Positions 1 to 10,353 are shown, numbered from the stretch's first letter. The stretch is 64,000 nt of DNA from an uncultured delta proteobacterium (GCA_963832165.1 CAWHTE010000002.1:288001-352000); one strand, 5' to 3'. The notes: generated from the letters alone by a model not told the origin. Translations and numbers: made by a program.

Positions 1-569
1 CGCCGTGCTCCGCCCGGGAATGCACCGCCGACGTGGATCGGCGGGTGCGGCTTCTGGACGGGCTTGGGCCACATGAAGATCGGATCGAAGTCGACGTACT
101 TGCCGTGGTACTCGGCCTCGTCGTGCGTCCAGATCGCGACCATCGCCTCGACGCGTTCGCGCAGCAGCGCAAAGCGGCCCTCGAACGCGGTGCCGTGGTT
201 GTTCATCTCCTCTTCGTTCCAGCCCCCGCCGACGCCGAACAGGAAGCGCCCGTTCGAGATCCGGTCGATCGATGCGACCTGCTTCGCGGTGTGGATCGGA
301 TCGCGCTGCACGACTAGGCAGATCCCTGTCGCGAGCTTGATCTTCGACGTGACGGCGGCGGCTGCGGACAGCGCCACGAACGGGTCGAGCGTGTCGTAGT
401 ACATCTTCGGCAGCTCGGCGCCGCCCGGCCACGGCGATTTGCGCGACGTGGGAATGTGCGAGTGCTCGGCGACCCAGAGCGACTCGAAGCCGCGCTGCTC
501 GGCTTCGAGCGCGAGCTCGGGGAGCGGGATCGAGTAATCGGTCGGAAAGATCGTGAGTCCGAGGTGCAT
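1..569 (-). CDS. LLM-class F420-dependent oxidoreductase (runs off window start)
   Basis: Manual translation of the minus strand from ATG at 569: MHLGLTIFPTDYSIP...AEQRGFESLWVAEHSHIP...DPFVALSAAAAVT...RDPIHTAKQVASID...GRFLFGVGGGWN, typical of the luciferase-like family. Confidence 0.88.
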   Translation of the reverse strand, partial: MHLGLTIFPTDYSIPLPELALEAEQRGFESLWVAEHSHIPTSRKSPWPGGAELPKMYYDTLDPFVALSAAAAVTSKIKLATGICLVVQRDPIHTAKQVASIDRISNGRFLFGVGGGWNEEEMNNHGTAFEGRFALLRERVEAMVAIWTHDEAEYHGKYVDFDPIFMWPKPVQKPHPPIHVGGAFPGGAR

Positions 570-663
570 GCGGTCCTCTCGTGCGAGCGCCTTGCGATTG
601 TACGTCTCGGTGGCGGGCGTGGGGGAGCGACTTGTAGAGTGGGCGATCCGAGGAGGAGCCCCC

Positions 664-1833
664 CTGGCCCCGCGCGACCCCGTGATCGTCGGCATCGGTC
701 TATCCGACTACCCGAAGGCGCCGCATCTCTCGGCGGTGCAGCACCACGCGCAGGCGCTGCAGCGCGCGCTCGCCGATTCGGGCCTCGAGAAGTCGGCGAT
801 CGATGGCTACTGCACCGCGGGCGGAATGGCCGCGGGCGACGACCCCGTGACGATGGCCGAGTACCTCGGGATCCGGCACCGCTACATCGACGGCACGATG
901 ACGGGCGGATCGTCGTTCGAATTCCACGTGCAGCACGCGGCCGAGGCGATCCGCAACGGGCTCTGCGACACCGTGCTGATCAGCTACGGCTCCGACTATC
1001 TCTCGCGCATGGGCCGATCGCTCGGCACGGGCGGCATGTTCCGCGGGCGCACCGTGGCGGGGCCGATGCAGTTCGAGGCGCCCTACGGCAACTCGCTCGT
1101 GGGCAGCTATGCGCTCGTGGCGCGCCGCCACATGCACGAGTTCGGCACCACGTCGGAACAGCTCGCGGAGATCGCCGTAGGCGTCCGGGAATACGCGGGC
1201 CTGAACCCAGACGCGCTCTACCGCGATCCGATCACCGTCGACGACGTGCTCGCGTCGCGCCTGGTCGCCGATCCGCTGCACAAGCTCGACTGCTGCGTGA
1301 TCTCGGACGGCGGTGGCGCAGTCCTCATGACGACGGCCGAGCGCGCGCGCGATCTGCGCCAGCCCGGGGTCGCGGTGCTCGGCGCGGCGGGCGGCATGAC
1401 GCATTGGAACATCAGCCAGATGGGCGACTACACGACCTCCGCGGCTGCCGTGTGTGCGCCCGAGGCGTTCGCACGCGCGGGGCTGCGACCGAGCGACGTC
1501 GACACGGTCCAGTTCTACGACAGCTTCACGATCACGGTGCTCGTGCTGCTCGAGGACGCGGGGTTCTGCAAGAAGGGCGAAGGCGGTGCGTTCGTCGCCG
1601 AGGGACACCTGCGGCGCGGCGGTCGCATGCCGCTCAACACCGACGGAGGCGGACTCTCGAGCTGCCATCCCGGCATGCGCGGGATCTTCCTGCTGATCGA
1701 ATCCGTGCGGCAGCTGCGCGGCCAGGCCGGGGCGGCGCAGGTGCCCGATTGCGAGGTGGCGCTCGCGATCGGCTCCGGCGGCTGGCTCTCGTGCATCGGC
1801 GCCGTATTGCTCGGTAGAACGGGGAATGCGTGA
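664..1833 (+). CDS. Thiolase-family protein (SCP-x / lipid-transfer type)
   Basis: ORF 553..1833; motifs GGSSFEFHV, LDCCVISDGGGA, YDSFT, NTDGGGLSSCHPG. Start placed at CTG after the AGGAGG RBS (uncertain). Confidence 0.88.
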   Translation: MAPRDPVIVGIGLSDYPKAPHLSAVQHHAQALQRALADSGLEKSAIDGYCTAGGMAAGDDPVTMAEYLGIRHRYIDGTMTGGSSFEFHVQHAAEAIRNGLCDTVLISYGSDYLSRMGRSLGTGGMFRGRTVAGPMQFEAPYGNSLVGSYALVARRHMHEFGTTSEQLAEIAVGVREYAGLNPDALYRDPITVDDVLASRLVADPLHKLDCCVISDGGGAVLMTTAERARDLRQPGVAVLGAAGGMTHWNISQMGDYTTSAAAVCAPEAFARAGLRPSDVDTVQFYDSFTITVLVLLEDAGFCKKGEGGAFVAEGHLRRGGRMPLNTDGGGLSSCHPGMRGIFLLIESVRQLRGQAGAAQVPDCEVALAIGSGGWLSCIGAVLLGRTGNA

Positions 1834-2262
1834 TGGAGGTCGTGCGCGGGAAGGAGCTGGACCAAGCCGCTGCCCGAGCGCGACCCGGTATTCGCGCCGT
1901 TCTGGGAGGCCGCCGCGGACGGCCGGTTGCTCTACCAGGAGTGCCCCGTGTGCGGCCACCGCCAGTTCTATCCGCGACCGCTGTGCACCGCATGCGGCGC
2001 CGATCCGGCATGGGCCGAGGCGTCGGGCCGCGGAATCGTCCATACCTACACGATCGTGCGTCAGTACGGCGCACCGCCGTTCAAGGACGAGCTGCCCTAC
2101 GTCGTCGCGGTGATCGAGCTCGACGAAGGCGTGAAGATGATCGGCAACGTGACCGACTGCGCGGTCGACGCGGTGCGCGTCGGGATGGCGGTCGAGGCAT
2201 ACGCAGTGGAAGCGGCGGAGCGCATCGGCGTTCCCTACTGGCGACCGCGCGCGGACACCTAG
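1826..2262 (+). CDS. Zn-ribbon/OB-fold (DUF35) thiolase partner; apparent frameshift near 1857
   Basis: KPLPERDPVFAPFWEAAADGRLLYQECPVCG...YPRPLCTACG. No in-frame start between the thiolase stop and W at 1858, so the ATG at 1826 needs a 1-nt shift. Confidence 0.8.
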
Positions 2263-2275
2263 CAGGAGGCTACTC

Positions 2276-2740
2276 ATGGACACAGTCGAACAGCTGCGCG
2301 AGATCGAGGCGATCAAACGCCTCAAGTACCGCTACATGCGCGGAATCGACGAGAAGAACTGGGAGCAGATCGAGGCGTGCTTCGTGCCCGACGCGACCTG
2401 CGCCTACAGCGGCGGCAAGTATGCGTTCTCGGGGCGCGACGCGATCATGAAGTTCCTCACCGAGTCGATGGCGCGGCCGACGTTCCTGTCGAGCCATCGC
2501 GTGAGCCAGCCCGAGATCGATCTCACGAGCGACACGACCGCCACGGGCATCTGGGCGCTCGAGGACTATGTGATCGACGAGCAGTACGGGCTCACGATCC
2601 ACGGCGCCGCGTTCTACCGCGACAAGTACGTGAAGGTCGGCGGCGAGTGGAAGATCCAGCACACCGGCTACTCGCGCACGTTCGAGCAGATGCAGCCGCG
2701 CAAGGACCAGGGCTGGAACATCACGCAGCGGGGCTTCTAG
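2276..2740 (+). CDS. SnoaL-like / NTF2-family protein (BaiE-like)
   Basis: EAIKRLKYRYMRGID..W, SSHRVSQPEI, ATGIWALED, AFYRDKY; RBS AGGAGG. Confidence 0.85.
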   Translation: MDTVEQLREIEAIKRLKYRYMRGIDEKNWEQIEACFVPDATCAYSGGKYAFSGRDAIMKFLTESMARPTFLSSHRVSQPEIDLTSDTTATGIWALEDYVIDEQYGLTIHGAAFYRDKYVKVGGEWKIQHTGYSRTFEQMQPRKDQGWNITQRGF

Positions 2741-2775
2741 CTCATACGCCACGCGCACGGAGCGCATCGACGCGT

Positions 2776-3795
2776 ATGGACGCACGGGACCTCCAGAAGC
2801 CCTCGGTGCCGGTGGCCTACGCGCTGCTGACGATCGAGCTCGCCGGCGAGCGGGGTGTGAGCAGCGAGCGACTGCTGCGCGGGCTCGACATCCCGCGCGG
2901 GCTGCTCGATCCGCCCGATGCCCGGCTGTCGATGGATCAGTACAGCCGCCTGATCGATCGCTCGATCCGGCTCACGAGCGAGCCCGGCCTCGGTTACGAG
3001 TTCGGACTGCGCAGCACCCTCACGGCTCACGGCTTCATGGGCCTGGGCCTGATGAGCCAGGCGACGCTGCGGGATGCGGTCGAGTTTGCGATCCGCTTCG
3101 TCCGGCTGCGCACTCCGATCTACACGATCCGCCTCGTCGACGAAGACGGCTGGGCTGCAATCGACGTGCAGGAGGCCGTTCCGTTCGGGCGCCTGCGCGC
3201 CTACGCGTTCGACATGCTGCTCGTGGGCTCGGCGCGCATCGGGGCGGCTCTCCTGGGACCTGTGCAGCTCGACCTCGAAGTCTGGTTCGACTATCCCGAG
3301 CCCGACTACTACGCGCGCTATCGCGATCGACTGCCACCGGTCCGTTTCGGGATGGGGATGAACTGCCTGCGCTTCCCCGCCCGCCATCTCGATCTGCCGC
3401 TCGAGATGGCCAATCCGATTACCGCCAAGCTCGTGACCGACTCCTGTGCTCGCGAGCTCGAGCTGCTCGGTGGAGAGGACTTCCTGGCGCGCGCTCGCAA
3501 CGCGCTCGCGGCCGGGGGCGGCGACTATCCGGATGTACGCGCGCTCGCCGAACGTCTCTTCGTGTCGGAGCGGACGCTCAAGCGCAAGCTCCGGGCCGCT
3601 GGCTTCAGCTATCGCGAGTTGCTGGACGAGGCGCGCCAGCGCGACAGCATCCACCTGCTGCGCGAGACGAGTCTCAGCGTGGAGATCGTCTCGCACCGGG
3701 TCGGCTACGCCGATTCCGCGAACTTCACGCGGGCCTTCCGCAGGTGGACCGGCGTTTCGCCGGGTGCCTACCGCGCGAACCTCAGAGGGTCTTAA
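2776..3795 (+). CDS. AraC-family transcriptional regulator (OruR-like)
   Basis: C-terminal HTH SERTLKRKL...VGYADSANFTRAFRRWTGVSP; N-terminal EPGLGYEFG..HGFMGLGLMSQATL. Confidence 0.9.
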   Translation: MDARDLQKPSVPVAYALLTIELAGERGVSSERLLRGLDIPRGLLDPPDARLSMDQYSRLIDRSIRLTSEPGLGYEFGLRSTLTAHGFMGLGLMSQATLRDAVEFAIRFVRLRTPIYTIRLVDEDGWAAIDVQEAVPFGRLRAYAFDMLLVGSARIGAALLGPVQLDLEVWFDYPEPDYYARYRDRLPPVRFGMGMNCLRFPARHLDLPLEMANPITAKLVTDSCARELELLGGEDFLARARNALAAGGGDYPDVRALAERLFVSERTLKRKLRAAGFSYRELLDEARQRDSIHLLRETSLSVEIVSHRVGYADSANFTRAFRRWTGVSPGAYRANLRGS

Positions 3796-5951
3796 GATAC
3801 TCGATGAGCGCGCGCCGCTCGGCGTCGGATAGCACCTTCGTGAACTCGTGTCCGCGGTTGCTCTTGCTGTAGGCGCTGGTGTTGTAGATCGCGCGATCGT
3901 TTACCGCGTTGGGGCCCGGCGGCGACAGGTAGTCGAGCAGGGCCGTGATCGTTGACGGGAGCACACCTGCCGCGGCGCAGGTCAGCAGTGAAGCCAGGTC
4001 GGTGCGCGCAAAGCAATCGAGCCGCTCGATCTTCCAGCCGAGCTTCTGATAGTCGTACGCCCGCTCGAGCACGGTGTCGAAGCCGCGGTCGCCGAGCTGC
4101 GGCGTCGCCTCGCTCTGGGGCACCTGCTGCCGACGCCAGACCGGGGCTCGATTCGCGGGATCGAGGACGTCCCACACGGTCGGGAGGCTGCCGTTGTGGA
4201 GGTAGGGGGCCGAGGCCCAGACGCCGTGGAGCGGCTGCGCGACATAGCCGCCCTTGGTGCCCAGCATGCACGCTCCGGCGGATCGGGGGAAGAAGTCGTC
4301 GATCGCCTCCTCGAAGAAGATCTTCTGCTCGGGCAGCCGATAGCCCGGTCGAGCGTCCGGGTAGGAGAACCAGGAGTTCGCGACGCCATAGGAGATCAGC
4401 TGCCGACCGATCTCGCCGTAGAGGACCTCGCCCAGCGCCGCGAGGTTCACCGAGAACAGGTTCGACTGCTCCGGATCGGTCCCGATGATCTCGAGCGGAA
4501 CGGTGTAGCCGCTCATCCCGGCGAGGCGTGAGTCGGGCAGGAATCCCGGCCGGTGGGAGTAGCGGGGCGAGTAGGCGCCGTGACAGCCCGCGCAGGAGCC
4601 GTTCGTCGGCGGCCTCGGGATGTCGGCGTTGCGCGCGTCCTTCCACAAATCCTTCTGGTGGAACACCACGGCACCCTGCTCGGCGAGGGCCTGGTCGATC
4701 GGCGGCCCGACGAACTTCGGCGCCTCGAGTGAGTTCAGCCAGATGTCGAGATCCTGGAAGTCGCCCTCGCGCTGCTTGCTCCAGTGTCCGTCGTTCGGAT
4801 TCGTCGAGGCCGGGAAGAAGTTGTTGCGCGAGCTGCCCGAGCTGCCGAAGCCGACCCACAGGTAACGCGACTTGTTATGCGTCCACCACCAGGTCGGCAT
4901 GTCCTGGTCGCCGCCGGTCAGCGGGATCGTCGGCACGAGCTTCCCGAGCATCCCGGGCTCGAGCGCCCAGCTGCGCCAGTCGAGCGTGTCGAGATCGCGC
5001 CCGAGCAGCACGTTCACGATCTCCTGATCGGCCGCGTTCGTGCCCCGCGTGCGATTCGCCAGGTGGGGCGGATTATTGAGCACGGCGTTGAAGGAGTCCT
5101 CGCCGTACTTGCCGTTGGCCTGCTCGGCGTCGTGGAGGGCGAGCCCGGTGTCCGTATTGCTGCCGTTCAGGCCCATGAAGAGGCCGTTCGCGGCTCCGCC
5201 ATAGATCTCGGAGTACCCCTCGCGCTCGGCGTTGGCGCCTACCACTTCACCGCGGCCGATCTGGCCGATGTGGCAGGCGAAGCAGGTGGTGCCGATGTTC
5301 CCCGTCCAGCGGCCCTGCTTCGTCCTTCACCTGCACGAGCGCGATCGGAAGCTGCCCGCTGCCGCCGTCGGTTGCGTTCGGGTCCTCGCCCGGGAACGGG
5401 AACGGGTTTCGATAGGGCGACTTCGGCCATCCGTACCGCTGCTGCACGACCTGCGCGAGCAGCTCGTTCGCTTCGTCGGGGTCGCTCGGGATCTGGTAGC
5501 CGAGATATTCCGCGATGCGCACCAGCGAATCGCTCGTGAGGACCTCGCCCGTGATGGCGTGGCGCAGCACGTATTCGCGCCCCCGATCGACCGCCTGACG
5601 CCACTCGCCGCAGGTCTGCGGCCGCGGCTTCGCCGTGTAGACCGTCTCGCCGAGGATCTCGTTCTGCTGCGCCTGCGTCGCGAACAGCGTGTCGGTCTCG
5701 CAGATCTCGAAGGGATCGTTGAAGTGGACTGCGTAGTTCGGGTTGTTCAGGTTCGCGCCGGCGATCAGCTCGCGCGGATCCATCGGCAGGGGGGTGGCGT
5801 CGGGTTGGTCCTCGCAGAAGACCGCGGCGTAATTGCGGCCGCCGTTCGCCTCGAGATCGCCGAGCAGGGGCCACGTCTGCGCTGTTGCACCCGAGGGGAC
5901 AGAGAGCAGCGCGGTGGCGAGGATCGCGCGCGAACGGGTGTTGTGTCGCAT
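3782..5951 (-). CDS. Secreted diheme c-type cytochrome, rubber oxygenase RoxA/RoxB-like; frameshift near 5312
   Basis: Joining ORFs 5247..5981 and 3782..5245 gives a signal peptide, RNPFPFPGEDPNATDGGSGQLP, W-T-G-N-I-G-T-T-CFACH, a second CAGCH, PLHGVWASAPYLHNGS and a C-terminal SNRGHEF..IEYLKTL. Confidence 0.8.
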
Positions 5952-6080
5952 GGCGCGACTCTGCTCGCTCCCGCGCCTCATGGGAAGGGTGAGAACGCGC
6001 CAATATCCCTGTCAATTCGGGCCACGCGGAACGCCGCGACGGGGTGGCGAACGCTGGCCGCGACGAGGGAGCCTTTGCGC

Positions 6081-7247
6081 ATGAGCAGCGTGCGGTTCGA
6101 CGAGCGGGAGCTGCTCGCCCAGGCGTGCACCGAGACCGGGCTCTCCGACTTCGGCTCGGGTCATCTCGAGGGCCTGCGCGTGCTGCTCGAGACCTATGAG
6201 CACAATCCGTTCCACGAGCACGGCCGCGTGCGCAACCGTCGCCAGATCGTGCGCCTGCTCGTGACGCGGCTGCGCGTGCTCGATGCGTTGAAGCGCCATC
6301 CCGAAATCCGCGCGCGGCCGATCCGCGCGCCGTGGTTCCTCACCGGCTTGCCGCGCTCGGGCACCTCCGCACTGTTCAACCTGCTCGCGGCCGACTCGTC
6401 GGCGCGCGCGCTGCTGAACTGGGAGGCGCGCATCCCGGAGCCGCTCGAGGGGCTCGCTCCCGGAGCGCCCGATCCGCGCCGCGCCGCGCTCGCGGCCTCC
6501 TACGAGCGCGGACGCGCGGAGAACCCCGAGTTCGCGGCGATGCACTACACCTCGGTCGACACGCCCGAGGAGTGCGTGCTGCTGCAGGGCTCCTCGTTCC
6601 ACGGCGTGCAGACCGGCGTGGAGGTGATGGTCGAGCCCTATGCGGGCTGGTACCGCGCGCAGCCGCTGGAGGGTCTCTACGCCTACTACGCCGACCTGTT
6701 GCGGCTGCTCGACTGGCAGCGGCCCGGAGAGCGATGGCTGCTGAAGTCTCCCGCTCATCTGTGGGGGATCCGTGAGCTGTTCGCGACGTTTCCCGACGCG
6801 CGAGTGGTCTGGACGCATCGCGATCCGGTCGTGAGCATCGCGTCGCTCTGTTCGCTCACGCACCTGCTCATGCGCGCATGGATGGAGGTGGACGCGCGAG
6901 CCCTCGGCGCGCGCGTACTCGACTTCTACGCCGCTTCGCTCGAGCGCGGCATCGCCGCGCGCGATGCGTGCGATCCGGCGCGCTTCGCCGACGTGGGCCA
7001 CGACGAGATCGAGGCCGATCCCGTCGCGGTGGCGGAGCGGATCTACCGGTGCTTCGGCCGCCGCTTCGACGGCGCGGTGCGCGCGGCGATCGAGGGCCAT
7101 GCGCGCACCCACCCGAAGGGCCAGCACGGCGAGCACGCGTACCGGCTCGCGGACTACGGTCTCACTGCGGAGGCGGTTCACCGCCGCTTCGAGACCTACT
7201 CCGCGCGGTTCGGCGAATGGACCGAGAGCCGGGGAGGTGCGCGATGA
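6081..7247 (+). CDS. Sulfotransferase family protein
   Basis: PAPS-binding GLPRSGTS, WLLKSPAHL, WTHRDP. Confidence 0.88.
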   Translation: MSSVRFDERELLAQACTETGLSDFGSGHLEGLRVLLETYEHNPFHEHGRVRNRRQIVRLLVTRLRVLDALKRHPEIRARPIRAPWFLTGLPRSGTSALFNLLAADSSARALLNWEARIPEPLEGLAPGAPDPRRAALAASYERGRAENPEFAAMHYTSVDTPEECVLLQGSSFHGVQTGVEVMVEPYAGWYRAQPLEGLYAYYADLLRLLDWQRPGERWLLKSPAHLWGIRELFATFPDARVVWTHRDPVVSIASLCSLTHLLMRAWMEVDARALGARVLDFYAASLERGIAARDACDPARFADVGHDEIEADPVAVAERIYRCFGRRFDGAVRAAIEGHARTHPKGQHGEHAYRLADYGLTAEAVHRRFETYSARFGEWTESRGGAR

Positions 7248-8392
7248 GCGACGATGCGGTGGCGAAGGTGGTGGACGCGCGCGCGTGGCAGGAATTCTGC
7301 GAGCTGCTCCAGAAAGCGGCCGACGTGATCCGGCGCGAAGACCTCGGCACCACGCCGTTCGATCGCGCCGAGGGGTTGCGCTACCTGACGCGCCTGCTCC
7401 AGGCCGGACTGTCTTCGTTCGTCGAGGCCACCGGGCCGGCACATCCAGTGTTCCGTCCGCTGCCCGACGCCGTGAAGATGGGCCTCGACAATCCCGACAA
7501 CTACTACGTGAGCGCTTCGATCGACGCGCGCCGCGACTATCGGATCCGCGGGCGGCGCGGGACGATCCACTACCTGAGCTTCGCGGCGCAGAACCAGAAC
7601 TTCGCCGCGCGCGACCGCATCACGGGCGGCGCGGGCCATCTCAACGCGAGCGAGATCGCGTTCGCACCCGACGGCGGCTTCGAGATCGTCGCGAGCCAGC
7701 ACGAGCAGCCGGGCGCAAGTTTCGCGCAGCGAGCCGAAGGCGAGCGAAGACCATCGAACTGGCTCCGGCTCGCGTCCGACACCAAGCAGATCCTCGTGCG
7801 CCAGACGTTCCTCGAGCGCGCGCGCGAACGGCCGGTCGAGATCGCGATCGAGGCGCTCGGCGATCCCGCGCCGCCGCCCGTGCTCGACCCGGCGCGCGTG
7901 CCGGGACAGCTGCTCGGCGCGGCGATGTACGCGATCGGCTGCGCGCAGTGGTTCGCCGACTGGGTGATCGCCTTCCGCGACAAGGCGCCCGTGAATGCGT
8001 TCCACCTGCCCGGGCCCGACGCTCACCGCATGCTCGGCGGCGACCCGAACGTGCGTCTGTGGCTCGGCGCGTGGCGGCTCGCTCCGGGCGAGGCGCTCGT
8101 GATCGAGGCAACGCCGCCCAAGTGCCACTACTGGAACTTCCAGCTCGGCAACATCTGGGCGGAGTCGCTCGACCACCGCTTTCAGCGCGTCCACATCAAT
8201 GGCAGCCAGGCGGTCTACCGCGAGGACGGCTCGTTCCAGCTCGTCGTCGCGCACGAGGACCCCGGGCTGCCGAACTGGATCTCCACGGCGGCGCACGAGC
8301 ACGGGACGATGGGCCTGCGCTGGGTGCTCGCCGAATCGCATCCCGAGCCGCGCGCGCGCGTCGTGGAGCTCGCGGAGCTTCGCGCGCGTTAG
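7244..8392 (+). CDS. DUF1214-domain protein (usual sulfotransferase partner)
   Basis: AEGLRYLTRLL, KMGLDNPDNYY, YWNFQLGNIWAESLD, VAHEDPGLPNWI; ATGA overlap with the upstream gene. Confidence 0.8.
   Translation: MSDDAVAKVVDARAWQEFCELLQKAADVIRREDLGTTPFDRAEGLRYLTRLLQAGLSSFVEATGPAHPVFRPLPDAVKMGLDNPDNYYVSASIDARRDYRIRGRRGTIHYLSFAAQNQNFAARDRITGGAGHLNASEIAFAPDGGFEIVASQHEQPGASFAQRAEGERRPSNWLRLASDTKQILVRQTFLERARERPVEIAIEALGDPAPPPVLDPARVPGQLLGAAMYAIGCAQWFADWVIAFRDKAPVNAFHLPGPDAHRMLGGDPNVRLWLGAWRLAPGEALVIEATPPKCHYWNFQLGNIWAESLDHRFQRVHINGSQAVYREDGSFQLVVAHEDPGLPNWISTAAHEHGTMGLRWVLAESHPEPRARVVELAELRAR
7713..7756 (+). repeat. Dispersed ~44-bp intragenic repeat, copy 1
   Basis: GCGCAAGTTTCGCGCAGCGAGCCGAAGGCGAGCGAAGACCATCG; 42/44 identical to the reverse complement of 58466..58509. 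Confidence 0.85.
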
Positions 8393-8404
8393 TCGGATCC
8401 CGCG

Positions 8405-8603
8405 TTCACTCCCGGTTCATCAACCGGAGAAGCTCTTGCAGCAGCTCCGTCTGGCGCGCGACCCCCTCCGCCGAGAACGGATCGATGCCGAGCAGCTCGC
8501 GGTGCAGCGGCGCCATCGTCGCATAGCCCAGGATCAGGCTGTGGAACGCGCAGATCACCCAGGGCAGGAGCGCCGGGTTCTTCTGCACGATCGCGTTCTT
8601 CTC
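8405..8603 (-). repeat. 199-bp direct repeat: orphan duplicate of the tetR 3' end
   Basis: About 9 mismatches versus 10354..10552; encodes ...KNPALLPWVICAFHSLILGYATMAPLHRELLGIDPFSAEGVARQTE...NRE*. Confidence 0.95.
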
Positions 8604-8621
8604 ACGGAGCTTCTACGCGCG

Positions 8622-10307
8622 TCACTCCGCGGAGGTGTCCCTGCGCACCGCAGCGAGCTGCGCGATCAGTTTCGTCGCCTGGACCTCCTGGTCGGGATCG
8701 AGCGCGACCACCCGAGCCAAGTCGTCTTGCGCGCGCTCGAGTCTCGGTCCGGGGTCATCGCCCGACTCCGCCAGAGCGAGCTCGAGCCGCGCGCACCAGA
8801 GCCACACGCTTGCCGGCGCCCCCCGCACCGCGGTCGCCTCGCGGTAGGCCGCCAGCGCCGGTGCGAAGTCCTGCCGTCGGAAATAAAGCCGTCCTAGCGC
8901 ACTCGTGGCCGCAACAGTCGGACGCAGCTCGATGCTGCGCCGGTAGTGGGCGATGGCGTCGTCGACGACAAGGTCGTGCTCGCTGGTGCGGCCGGCGGAG
9001 AACTCGGACAGCCACGTCGGCTCGCGCCCGACCCAGCGCAGCCGCCGCGCCGCGAGGTCGATCCGCTCGGCGCTCGGAGACTCGCGGATCACGGCCATCT
9101 CGTGGATGGCCACGAGCGGAACGACCAGCGCGAGCATCGCTGTGCCCCAGACGAGCCGCCCGAGGCCGGATCGCCGCTGGCGCTCCATTGCAGCGGGTGC
9201 GTCGCTCGGCGTGGCGGCGCGGCGCAGCAGCACCCGGGCGATCGATTGATCGCGCAGCTTCCAGATCGCGCCGTCCAGGATGAAGTGGTGGATGTTGACC
9301 ACCGAGAAGGTCAGCAGGGCGAGGCCGCCATCCCACGAGAACCCACCGAGCAGTCCTGGCGCAAACAACAGTCCTGGCAGAACCGTGACGCCAATGCCCG
9401 CGATCAGGGATTTGAGCAGGAACGGACCGGCGTGCGCGTGCGCCGCCGAGCGCTTCGCGTAATAGGCGGTGATCCACAAATATTGCGCCGAGTGCGCCGT
9501 GGAGACCCACACCGCCGCGAACGGGAGCAGCTGGTCCGCGTTTTTCAGCGCCAGAACGGGGATGACGTACCAGAGCGCCTGCGTCGCTACCAGCATCCAC
9601 GCCGGCAGCCGATCCGCGAAGGAGCCCGTGCGGCGCAGTCGCCACGCGGCTCCCGCCAGACAGATGACGTAGGCGACCGCGGTGATCAAGACCAGCGCCA
9701 GCAGCACGGAGCGGGGAATGTCGAGCGCTAGCAGTCTCGGCGCATCAGCTGTATCGAGCGTCGGCGGCGCCACGCTGTACTGGCCCGCGCGTGCGTGGAT
9801 CGCGAGCATCGCGAGCACCGACGACAGCGTGAAGGAGATCGACAGCAGCCGTTTCGCCGCGGCGTCCACCTCGACGCCGCGCCGGCGCAGGAACATCAGC
9901 GCGATGCCGTAGTTCTGGCCGGCAAAATGATACGGGCTCCATGTGAGGTAGAACGTGATCAGGATCGAGGCCACCCACCAGCTATGGGAGCCGACGGCGA
10001 GCGCGAGGACCAGGGCGAGCGTCGCATGGAGCGTGAACCAGCGGTACTTCGCGCGATCGGTGCGGTCGGCGTAGACGCGCAGAACGGTCGCGCCGTAGTG
10101 CGGGGCGTTGATCAGCAAGCCCAGCGCGATGACCGCGCCGAGCGGCCAGGCTCGAACGTCGTTCGCGAGTCCATAGATCAGGAGCACGGGAACGAGCGTG
10201 ATGTATCCGAGACCGCAGCCGACCCACAGGTCCGGCCCGCGCCCAAACAACCAGCGATCAGAGCCAGCAGCACCAGGATTCGCGCTGACAGAGGAAGCAG
10301 GTTGCAT
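8622..10307 (-). CDS. Multi-pass membrane protein with conserved His motifs and C-terminal TPR-like repeats
   Basis: Many hydrophobic segments; PHYGAT, PYHFAGQNYG, AHSAQY, NIHHFILDGAIW; C-terminal AIAHYRRSIELRP, ALAAYREA. Confidence 0.75.
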   Translation of the reverse strand: MQPASSVSANPGAAGSDRWLFGRGPDLWVGCGLGYITLVPVLLIYGLANDVRAWPLGAVIALGLLINAPHYGATVLRVYADRTDRAKYRWFTLHATLALVLALAVGSHSWWVASILITFYLTWSPYHFAGQNYGIALMFLRRRGVEVDAAAKRLLSISFTLSSVLAMLAIHARAGQYSVAPPTLDTADAPRLLALDIPRSVLLALVLITAVAYVICLAGAAWRLRRTGSFADRLPAWMLVATQALWYVIPVLALKNADQLLPFAAVWVSTAHSAQYLWITAYYAKRSAAHAHAGPFLLKSLIAGIGVTVLPGLLFAPGLLGGFSWDGGLALLTFSVVNIHHFILDGAIWKLRDQSIARVLLRRAATPSDAPAAMERQRRSGLGRLVWGTAMLALVVPLVAIHEMAVIRESPSAERIDLAARRLRWVGREPTWLSEFSAGRTSEHDLVVDDAIAHYRRSIELRPTVAATSALGRLYFRRQDFAPALAAYREATAVRGAPASVWLWCARLELALAESGDDPGPRLERAQDDLARVVALDPDQEVQATKLIAQLAAVRRDTSAE

Positions 10308-10353
10308 GGCGCTTCTATTCTATAGGATCGCGGCCCCCGGGCTGATCCGGCGC

